Positions 49,860 through 61,000 of a DNA stretch of 64,000 bases are shown here, one piece after another. A program made the translations under genes and the position numbers. Numbering within the stretch: position 1 is the stretch's first letter; each line of letters opens with the position of its first letter. Under the pieces are notes generated by a model, which worked only from the letters and a program-made list of their open reading frames with translations, made no database searches and had not been told where the DNA came from. The stretch is taken from contig JAVKOQ020000029.1 of the NCBI GenBank assembly GCA_031835245.2, forward strand, positions 186,001 through 250,000. The letters are read 5' to 3'. The DNA comes from Balamuthia mandrillaris (lineage: Eukaryota).

Positions 49860-51745
49860 ATGCAGAAGGAAGAGGGGATGTTTGATGACGAAGGAGAAGC
49901 GTTGTGCGAAGCCTTCCTGGGCAGAGAAGCAGAGATCAAGCAACTGTGCTCTATTTTTTCCAGAGACAAGGTTTTTCTTGCAAAATCGTGTTACGATCCT
50001 CAATGCAACCAAACCTAAATAATAATATTAAATCCAAGCCGACAGGTCCCCACTTTATTTTTGTTCATGGTCCGAGAGGCACCGGCAAGACTTCTGTGGT
50101 CAAGGCGGTGCTGCAGAGCAAGAGTATCCCTTTTGCCCTCGTCAACTGTCTGAGTTGTCACACGGAGCGGTTGCTGTTCGAGTGCTGCTTGGCAGAGTTG
50201 GATGAGAGCAGGAACGAGAAGCAAGACCGTTGCGTCAATGCCAGCAGTTTTGTTTCGCAGCTGCGAGCCTTTCTTTCTCGCAGAGCGAACGAAGAGCGGG
50301 TATATCTGGTTTGTAATCCTTTTTTCTTGTTTCAACACAAAGTGGTTAAACGACAAATAAAACAGGTTTTCGATGAAGTAGAACGACTTCGTACAGTGTC
50401 TCCGCAGTTGCTGTCCTTTTTGCCACGACTTGCCGAGATGGTATCCTCCTTTCTTCTTATCCTCTCTTCTCTTTATTCACCAGCTTTGCTTTTTTCCCCA
50501 TGGGCCAAAGACAAGCTCGAAGATATTTGTAGTCTTTATCTCACCAGTGCCATGGACGCGGCTGCTAGTGACAAACACTGGCTGTCCTCTGCCGCTTTCC
50601 ATCTTCTTTTCCACGTACTCCAAGGGTTTTTTCTCCCTTCCTCTCTCTCCCTCTCGCTTCCTTCTTCTCTTCTAAAACCTCAAAAACAAATAGGAGACAT
50701 TCTTCGCATATTGGGCAAGGACTGCCCGAGAGAAGTACGAGACAGGCCCTTGTTCATGAACGTCGCAAAACAGTTGCTGGACGTCATCTACCATCTCTGC
50801 AACGACCTCGCTGAATTGCGGTGGTTTCTTCACGAACTCTATCCTACCTACATTGCTCCCATCCAACGAAATGGTCTCTCTCTCTCTCTCTCTCTCGCAT
50901 TAATTTTTCTGGTGATTCATTTTCTTTTGGGTTGTGCTCATAGAAATAGAAGAAGAAGACTATGCAGCATTGGACCAAGCCATTCAACCAGAGTTAAAGA
51001 AAGTGCTTCAGCGACTCTATCTTAGAGATGACATGGTGGACATTATCGCACCTCACCTGCGCAAAAAGGCTGCCTTTTCTTCTTCCTTTTCCTCTTCTTC
51101 CTCCATCACCTCCGCAAATGAAGAAGAGGATGAGAGTGGATTACCCTACTATGCTTCTTATTTGTTGATAGCGGCCTTTCTGGCTTCACGCTGTAAGACG
51201 GAGGCCGATATGCAAGTCTTTAGCGAGCAGCGAGTCAAGAAGCAACGAGCAAAAGCTGTTAAACGTGATGTGGTAAGTTGTTCTGTTGCATGTGTGTCAG
51301 TGCTTTGTTCACTCTTTATAACCACTTTTGTTGCTGAAAAAAAAAAGGAAAGGGGAATAGCCCAAAAGTACGAAGGAGCAGCCCCCTTTTCTCTCACCAA
51401 GCTGTTGTCCATATTTATGGCCATCCTGCCCAACAGCGAAGATGCTCGTTACGTTCACGACGTGTACATTCAGGTTCATCCTCTCTCTCTCTCTCCTCTC
51501 GTTCTGCTTCTCTCTCCTCTGCTGTAGGCACCATCATTTCACCTTTAGATTGATTCGAAATGGTTTTTTATCAACAAAAACATCCACAGATAACGTCTTT
51601 AGTGCGAATGAAGTTTTTGGGGGTGTCAACGGGGCCAAAGACCGGTTGGGATCGGCGCAAGTACGTCTGCAACATCAGCCTCAGTTTTGCTGAGCGTTTG
51701 GCCAAACATTTGGATGTGCCTCTTGGTAAATATTTGCCGTTTTGA
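49860..51745 (+). CDS. ORC5: Origin recognition complex subunit 5
   Basis: FLGREAEIKQL; Walker A IFVHGPRGTGKT; VFDEVERLR; CNDLAELR; LPYYASYLLIAAFLAS; PFSLTKLLSIF; ITSLVRMKFL; KYVCNIS. Confidence 0.92.
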
Positions 51746-51791
51746 TCAAGGAAGAGTTTGTTATGTGCAATTGGTTTTTTTTTTTGAACAG

Positions 51792-54700
51792 TTAGGAAGC
51801 GGTGGAGTTGGTTTCTGAGGTTTTGGAAGAAGATAGATGCTTGGATTTGCGGGCTGTAAAGAGACGAAGAAGAGGAGCATAGTCAAAGGCAGGAAGAGAT
51901 ACGGCAGTGGGCCTGCCTTTGCTCTTATAGTAGCTGGCTATAAACTCATCGGTGTTGGAGCGGATGGGGACGGGTCGTGGTTTACTGGATTTCTTTTGTT
52001 GCTGTTGTTGCTTCCGTTTGGTTATAGTGGAAGCCGTGGTAATTTTTGTAGATGTTACAGTTGCTTGAGGCCGTTGCTCTTGTTCAGAAGAATTTGTGTG
52101 CAAGGTATCTACTTTGGCTTCAAGACTGATTTTTCTTCGCTTCTCTGTCTGCTTTTTATTATTGCATTGCGGTTGAAGTTCTTTGGTGTTGGACTCATTT
52201 TTGCGTTTGTTGTTGCTGACAGGAAATATAACGGGGATTATATCATCGTTTTCTACAGACGCTCTTCCTTCTACTTCCGTCATCTTTGCACCGTCTAATG
52301 GAGACGATGATGGAGAGGATTGAGGCGAAGAATACTGTCGAGGAGGTGTCGATGGTACAATGACTTCCGAGTGTTGCTGCACATCCACGAAGAGAAGATT
52401 ATTCGTCTTGGTGGGAAGCAGAGGAAACATTGGAAGCGCTGGTTGATTGGCGTCTTTGATCGCGGGTTCTATTGGCGTCGAGGATGAGGTAGATACACAT
52501 GTGGAGGTAATTACAGGGGCAGAAGATAGAGTTGCGTTGCTGGCAATTTGTGCAAAAGAAGCTGAAGAAGAAGCAGTAGGATAAGAAGAAGAAGAAGAAG
52601 ATGATGATGATGATGATGATGAAGATGAAGATGAAGATGAAAATGAAGATGAAGATGAAGATGAAGATGAAGATGAAGATGAAGATGAAGATGAAGATGA
52701 AGATGATGAATTCATGGAAGTGGGGTTGAGGTATGGTTGGATAGGGTTAAGTGCTTCTGCTTCAGTTGCTCGGTGGGAAAAGGCATTGGTAAGGGAGGTA
52801 AGAGCTGTTGAGATTGCTCGTGGCAAGTACGAACTGAAACCATAACTTGACTTTGTGGTGTGTTTGCTGGCGAGTGAAGACGTTTTTTTAGCGGTGGGGG
52901 GTGAATCTTCTGGAGACTGAGGCAACAGGTCGAACTCAGTAACTTGTTCTGAGAGCAGCGGAGGTGGTTTCGTTGGAGATATGGGGATTCGTTCCTCTTG
53001 TCTAGTGTTTTAATGTTAAGACTTTTACCAAAGAGAAAGAGAGAGATGCGCACGTGTACAGTCCAAAATAGCTATCATAGACAGAATGTAGATCATTGGA
53101 TTGGGAGTTTTCAGATAGAATGTGTTCGTTTTGGCTAGATTGTTGCTCTTCTTGTGACGCATTAATTTGAAGAGATTGCTCTACTAAACTTAGATCTTCG
53201 GCTTTTTCCATCTTCAGAGTTAACAATAAATCCATTCAAGAAAACGCAAGTAAAAACCTACCATTAGCTGCGTCCTTCTTTCTCTTGGAAGGGGAAGGCG
53301 AATCACTGTCGATAAGAATGATGCTTTGATGTTCCTCTTCCGTGAAGGTGCTCCTTGTCAATTCTTGTTGTGGCGGAAACAAGACTGATTGATCTTCAGC
53401 AAGAGGTGAAGGAAGTGAAAGTGAAGCAGAGAGATTGTCGGAAACGTTCTCCTCACCCATTACCGCATTTTCTTTGTCGTCCTCTGTCATTTTGCTATAC
53501 TTTGCCTTCCTTTCGGTTTCTGTACGTTTAGTTGTGTGATCTGATGCTTCTTCTGGCTTTTCGTTTTGTTCTTCCTTCTGTTTCTTTTCGTTTTCATTAC
53601 TCTCGTTGTTTTCTTCTTTCTCTTTCTGCTTCTCTTCCTCTTCTTCTGCCTCTTCCTCTTCAGGAGTAGGTGATACCCAAAGAGAGAGCAAGGGATCTTC
53701 CTGTTCATCGTTGCTGTCTTCATCTTCTTCCTCTTCTCCAGACAAATGTATGGGCTCTTGGTTAGCATAAAAATCCTCCAACGAAGCAGGGATAACCTAA
53801 CGGTCCATGAGACAGTCAGCAACCAATTAAGATCAATATAAATCAATACAACTCACATCTGGTGTTTTGAAATCAACTTGTGAGGCGGAAGTGCTTTGCA
53901 GAATGGCGTCCATTGGAGTCTGCAACTCGCTCATTTGTTGCTGTTCCTCGACTTTCCACCCTTCAAGGCCGTCCAAGATAGCGTCCTGTGAAGCAGATAT
54001 AACGCAATCTTGCTCCATTGTTTTCAACTGCCAACAAAGGTAAGCCTATTGTTAAATACAAGAGGGATGTTACTTACTGGGTTCATTTGGGTGGATGCCT
54101 GCACAGTTTGAGTAGAATTAACAGCAGCACTTGCGGTGGTGGCCTTTGTTTTTTCGGGCGACTTGCAAACAAATCAATATCACAAAGGAAACTAGGAAGA
54201 AACATAACAGAAACTGTTAACGTACTGCAATAACGGGTGCTTGTGATTGAGAAAAGAACTGAGAGTAGTCGGACTGGGATTCAGATGAGTCGGCAGCCAT
54301 ATCCAACAAGAGATCTACTCCGGTTTGGGTATCAGTAGAGATGTTCATATCGCCGCTGCTCAAAGCACAACAAAAAAAAGATAAGCATTGAGAAAGACCC
54401 CAGACAATAAATGATAGACGAGAATTGTATCCTACCTAGCTTGACTTTGTATCCGCGCCACTACCATCGGATTGGAGTTTACAGAAGTAGGGTCTCCATG
54501 CGTGAAGCAGCCCTCTCCTCCGATGAAGGAAAACTCATTCACAACAATGTAGTACTTGGCCTGAGGGCTGAACGCGAACCTGTAGTCGGTAATGCTGAGG
54601 ATCCCACCTTTCAAGCGTGGAAGAGACAAAGACTTGAATTCGCTTTGTATGTTTGCCATGTTAGTTAAAAAAACAGAGCATTAGGGCCTGTGACTAAGTA

Positions 54701-54998
54701 GACTTACTCTTGTGCGAAAAATCTCTCAATGGCAGTTGGAGTGAATATGGCAGTGATGCAATGGACTTTGTCTGATATCTCCCCTTCAGCTGATCTTTGC
54801 TGCTCTCCAGGAAGCTTCTCCCACTGTGGAAAAGAAGGACAATCCTGTCAATGCTTCTCTCACCAAAAACAAAAAAAAAAAAAACGAAACGCTTCATGAA
54901 AATGTTACGTGAATGATTTGAACGAGGTTTCCTTCTCCGCAAGGCCTTGCGTTCAGCAGGTTCTTGAGAATCCATGGCTTCTTCAAAAGGCTTGCCAT
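51792..54998 (-). CDS. TPP1/ACD/Est3-like telomere protein: N-terminal OB fold plus a long S/E-rich disordered region
   Basis: Exons 54998-54909, 54823-54708 and 54642-54436 splice in frame to LKKPWILKNLL...LVQIIH|W...ISDKVHCITAIFTPTAIERF...LKGGILSITDY...YYIVVNEFSFIGGEGCFTHGDP. Confidence 0.72.
52583..52710. repeat. (GAAGAT)n/(GAT)n coding microsatellite giving a poly-Ser tract on the minus strand
   Basis: Lies within ORF 51792..52925. Confidence 0.85.
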
Positions 54999-55278
54999 GA
55001 GGGAACAATGGCCAGTTAAAATCAAACGAAAGCAAAGCAACAAAAACAGAAACGGGGCCTGCTACTTGCTTTTCTTTTCTTTTGCTACGTTTTTCTTTTC
55101 TTTCTTTCTTTTTTTTGTTGACAGATTTAATGCCGACAAAGCGAAGAGAGAGGATAGACGAGGAGGGTCGACAGATAATGAGAGCGGATGATTTTTTGTC
55201 GAACTTTCATGAGGGGTAATTGGTCGACGATAAATCAGCACAAAAAAAAAAGAAGAAAGAAGCAACTGCACGAACAGG

Positions 55279-57563
55279 ATGGATCTCATCGCCTCGATGT
55301 ACGGAGATGGAGAGAGCGACAGTGAAACACAACCGCAAGCATCCCATGGGGTTCTCACGACAAACACTTCTCTTACGTTGGTCAACGCGGCGCCGCACGT
55401 TGAACCTGGCATAGTATGTATTTTTCGATTGCTGCGTCGCGACACTGAAATTTACTCTTATAACTTTGCTTTTTTGCTTTCTTCACAGCAAAGAGACGGT
55501 CTTCCAAAGCCGGAACAAAAAGAAGTGTTCTACAATCCCAAAATAGACCAGCTCTATGTCCCTCTGCAAGGACCACAGCCGTTGCACCATAAAGACACGC
55601 TGAATCCGTTCGTGCCGCATGCAAGCAACAACCTCATGACAGGCTACATGGAAGTCACCAACATGAACGACCATGTATTCAACGAGCAGTTTCACACCTT
55701 CCAGAACCATGGCTATGCTGCCGACCCTTCAGGCTCTTATCGAACCTCCACTGGTGCTCTCAACCTTGTCACCAAGAAGAGAAAGGAACCACAAGCTCCA
55801 CCAACCACAACCACTAGTGGTGCTGCTGTGCAGCCCAAGCCTGGCGTATGTTCTTTCAATTTCTTCATTCTCCTCGCCCTTCTCACTCTCACTCTCTCTC
55901 TCTCTCTCTCTCTCTCCATATTTCATGTTTCTTTTACTAACGAACCATCTTTAACAGCCTTCTACAGCAACGAAAAAAGCAAAAACAAAGAATGAGAAGA
56001 AAAAGCGAACCTCTGATGAGGAAGAAGAAGATTTAGAAGAAAAAGAAAAAGAAAAAGAGGAAAAGGGTAAAGGAAAAGAAGACGAGGAGGAAGAAGAGGA
56101 GGAAGAGGAGGAAGAGGAAGGCGAAGAAAAATCAAAAAAACCGAAAGAAACCTCCATTTTCCATGGAGAGAGCCTCACAGACTATTTAGGAAGGACATAT
56201 ATATCCCCGCCATCGCACCTTAGGCCTACGGAGCATGATTGCTACATTCCAAAGAAGCTTATACACACATGGTTTGTGTCGTTGGTCCAGTCTCAGTCTC
56301 TCGCTCACTCTGTATGCTAATATTATTATCACAGGAAAGGTCACACCAAAGGAGTCAACGCTGTTCGCCTCTTCCCCAAAACCGGGCACATATTATTGTC
56401 TGCCAGCAATGACAACACTGTTAAGGTACGTCATGTCAATTACGAAGAGCAACAAAAAGTAAATAAAACCCACCTAACTTCTTTCTCCCACACATATTAG
56501 CTATGGGACGTGTACAACAAACGAGAATGCCTGCGAACATTTATTGGGCACGAGAAAGCCGTTCGAGACATTTGCTTCAGTCACGATGGTAGACGTTTCC
56601 TCACCGCGTCCTACGATCGTTATGTCAAACTATGGGACACAGAAACGGGACAATGTGTGGCTCGGTTTTCCAATCGCAAGATACCCTTTTGCGTCAAGTT
56701 CCACCCTGATCCTGACAAGCAAAACGAGTTCTTGGCTGGTTGCTCCGATAAGAAAATCATACAATGGAGCATCGACACAGGCAAGATCACTCAAGAATAT
56801 GACCAACATTTGGGACCTGTCAATACCATCACTTTTGTGGACGATGGAAGGCGCTTTGTCACGAGCTCTGATGACAAGTCGTTGCGCGTTTGGGAATACG
56901 GCATCCCTGTGGTCATCAAATACATTTCTGAACCACACATGCACTCCATGCCTTCCATCGCTGTGCATCCCAATGGTTAGCATTGCTCCTCTATTTTTCT
57001 GCTCTCATAGAAAAGTGTTCTAATTCAATTATATCAATTATAGGCAACTGGTTTATAGCTCAGTCTCTGGATAACCAGATTTTGGTGTACAGTACGCGTG
57101 ATCGCTTCCGCGTCAACAAGAAAAAACGCTTCATGGGACATCTAATCGCTGGTTTTGCTTGCCAAGTTAACTTTTCTCCTGACGGAAAGTGCGTATCTCT
57201 TCGTATTTTTCTGATCCTCCTTTTTTTTCTTCTTCTTCGTTTTCTTCCTCTCTTGTTGCCCAACACACCGGCACTCACCTTAGCACCAAAGGTTTGTAAT
57301 GTCGGGAGATTCTGATGGTAAACTGTGGTTCTGGGATTGGAAGACGTCTCGCGTCTTTCGAAAACTAGAGTGCCACAGCCAAGTTTGTATTGGCTGCGAG
57401 TGGCACCCCATTGAACCCTCTCGAGTGGTAACCTGCAGCTGGGATGGCACCATCAAATATGTACGCCTCATTTCCATTTTCACATGCTTCTCTCGTCTCT
57501 GCACGCCTTTTTTCTTCTTCTGTAAAGATTACTTATCTCTTTTTTGTTGCGCAGTGGGATTGA
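55279..57563 (+). CDS. CDC40: Pre-mRNA splicing factor Prp17/CDC40 (WD40)
   Basis: [102 protein letters not shown]. Confidence 0.96.
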
Positions 57564-58052
57564 TGGGCCAAACGGAGGCCGCTCGCCTGCCGCACAGCCA
57601 ACAACAAGGAACCCTCAGCATCTTTCCCAATGCACCAACACGCGAACATGAACAAGAACACAAGCAGAAAGCAAGCACCTTTGGTAATAAATCGTTCTGT
57701 CACTCACATTCTTCGCATTCTTTACCTTTTAAGGGAATATTCTAAGCATTCCTTACCTTTTTTGTCATTTTTGTTTTGGGGCATCTCAACAGCAAATAAT
57801 ATTTGAGGAGCACGCACGACGGCCGACCAGCTGCGCCGCATTTTTGAGAGCTTTTGGGTGACCCTTTCAACAACAAGCATTTGAAAGACAAACCAAGAGC
57901 AAGAACGGCAGGAAGGACTCATCACCGCTTGTGTACTTTTGAACTCAACAACGAACTTTACAAATCAAAAATTAACTAAATTTTTTTTTTATAAAAAGAA
58001 GAAAGAAAGAAATAACAAGCATTGACTGACTATGCGCAGTTGATCGGCAAAG

Positions 58053-61000
58053 ATGGAAGGAGCGGCTTCACCAGTGCAAGACGGTCTCGTTGTGGTTCGG
58101 TCCCTCTCCGACCAAATGAAAGCTCACCTGGTGGTTGTACTGGACAAGAAACTGGACCTGTTGCCGCTGGATGACCTCAATGACAAGAAGACCCTTCGTA
58201 ACCTTACCTTCTCCAAAACCCTCAACAAAACCCTGCGTGGCAACAAAGCACTTGCTCGCTCTTCCACCAACAAAGTATAGCCTTTCATCCCTTCTCTTCT
58301 CTCTTCTCTATTCTCTATCTCTTCTTCTTGTGCTTCTTCTTGTTCTTTTGCTCTTGTTCTCCGTTACCTCCTCCTCTTCCTTCTTCTCTCAACTTCATTG
58401 TTTCTTCTCATGCAACAAGGGTTTGGTGGATGAGCTGCTGCTGGGGATATGGGCCAAGTTCCCACGCAACACTGACTTTTACGCCAGCCTTGCCACCGCA
58501 TTCGGGGCGGTGGCCAAGCACTGCCTGGAAGACACCGTGAAGCTGCTGCTGCAGTGGCTGCCGCTACACTCGGTGGCCTACACGCGCATGCGCAAGGGCG
58601 CCCTGCGTGTGTTGCAGCAGCAGGAGGAGACCATCAACCAGTTTGATGCGCTGTTGGCCAGTTTGAAGAACTTCAAGTACACCGAGCACAAGAAATGGGA
58701 TCTGTTGGTGCGTTGTTGAGAGGAAGAGCCAGAAGAGAGTGAAACAAGAAAAGTAGAAAAAGGAGCAGCTTTTACGGTGTGCGAGTTTCATTTCTGACTT
58801 TCTTTTGTTTTGGTCAATTTAACAACGCAGGAGTGCGTGACCGACCAAGTGGTAGCGGACTTGCTTGCTCATGTTCTAGAACACTATGAAGGCCACCAGC
58901 TTAGCCAAAGTACGTGTGTTTAGCAGTCGACGTTTAAAATAATGCGGCCGTATACTTACTCTGATTTCTGACTAGAGACCCTCATCAAACTGAAAGACTT
59001 GGCGTTTCACTTTTTCAAACCAGCTTCCTTTACGACGTGCGTTATCCATTGCGCGAGCAGTGCAAGTGTTTTCACAAGCTGCTTGTTTTTTTTTTTGTGG
59101 TGTTTACATCTTCTTTTTTAGCGCGATCAAAGACACAGTGTGGAACGCTCTTAGAAAACGGCTTTCCAAGCAATGGGCTGTCATCCTCAGCAAGCTCTCT
59201 TACTACAAGTACACTCACTCTCTCCTTCGTCGGATCCTATCACTAACTATTGATTCTTTTTGTTTGTTCATTCTTGTCGTTCTTCCTCTTTCATTGTTGT
59301 GGCATTCGTTAGCCTTAGCCTCATTACCAACCAGTTGTGGAAGAATGTGGCCAACGCAGGCTCTCAAGAAGTCCAAGCATACTATCAAGGGATAGCATGG
59401 ATCCAGTTCAATGTACTCCCTCTCTCTCTCTCTCTCTCTGTTCTCTTTCTCTCTCTCTCTCTCTCTGTTCTCTTTCTCTCTCTCTCTCTCTGTTCTCTTT
59501 CTCTCTCTGTTCTCTTTCTCTCTCTCTCTCTCTCTGTTCTTTTTCTGTTACCAACGTTTGGTCACTTTTCCCTTTGTTTTCTTCTTTCTTGTTCTACCTT
59601 CTCTCTTTCTCTCTCTCTCTCTCATTGAAGGCATCGGACAAAACCTCGATGGCAGAGAGCAGCAACTTTCTGACCCAAATGATGGAGCACCTGAAGGCAA
59701 AAAAGAACTCCATGAAGAGCATACAGCTTATTGCGCTAACGAGTATTATTCAATCGCTGCCTTTGCAAACTGAAGACTCCATTTGGCAAAAGGTTACACA
59801 AACTTCACACTTCGTTCTTGCCTCTTTAAGAACTTATTTACCTTCATCTTTGTCTTTAGGCTCTGGATATATACAAGAGAGCGTCGAAGTGGGCCAAGTC
59901 AGATGACTTGGAGGGCTCTGCATTGATCCTGATGGCGACTATACTGTTGCATGGCCCAGCCCAATACTTTGAAGACCAATACGATACGTTTGTGCAGAAA
60001 CGCTTCAAGTTGGTGTGGAATCCTAAACGAAAAGACCACCAACTGAGCTGTCTGCTTCGGCTTCTTCAAGGAAGGTTCATTGCTAAACCCAGTTTGTGGG
60101 ATCCAGCCGGACAAAATAACCAGCTTTCCTACCAACTGTTACCCGAAGGAAAACTGCGGAAGCAAACCTCAGCTAAAGTTTATTCTTTTGCACCTCTGGC
60201 TGCTAATCTGGGCAAAATGAACGAACGACTGCTGGAGATATCTTCCGTTTTGTTTGGCAAGAAGATACCATTGCCCAAACCAGTACCTTCGGTTCCTGTT
60301 TGTGTTGAGATTATTCTTCAAATAGCTGCGCATAGGTATGTTGACTTCCTTGTCATTCTTTCTTTCAAACTCTGTTTTTTTACGTTCTCTTCTTTTGTCC
60401 CTTGCAATTCTTTCATTCGTTCACTACTGTTTCTCTGAAGACCATGTGCTAAATGCTGTTTCTCCACCATTATAGCCTATCTTTTGCTGCTCAAAGCGTG
60501 TTTCATGTGCTCTTTTCAGAAGGCAATATAGTACCAGTTCATCGCCTAATTGGTTTACGAGCTCTTCGAACCATTGTTGATCAGCAATCTGGATGGTGGG
60601 CAAACGCTGCCAGTACACCGAAGAGCAGTCAAGAAAAAACGGCTTTGAATCAGGTTACCCTTCAGTTCTTCTCTGATCCTCCTGCTCTCGCTCACTCTTT
60701 CACCGTAACACTTGCAGAAGTTGGAGGATTCGGGGCACTGCATGTCTCTATCAGAGCTATTAAACATGTTTTCTGAGGTGCTGGCCAAAACGCTTCGCTT
60801 TTGTGATGAACAAGCTGGAGTGGATGTCATGGGTCGGAGCATTGCTCCTCTGGAAGTCTCTTCCTATCTTAAGGTGACACTCTCTCTTCCGTTAAAGTTG
60901 GCGTGTTTATAACAAAGGTAAACATAAAACAGTCACCTTTAAGAGAATACGAGGAGCATGACAGCACTGCAATTTGTGCGTGTCCGCTCGAGCAGTTTAG

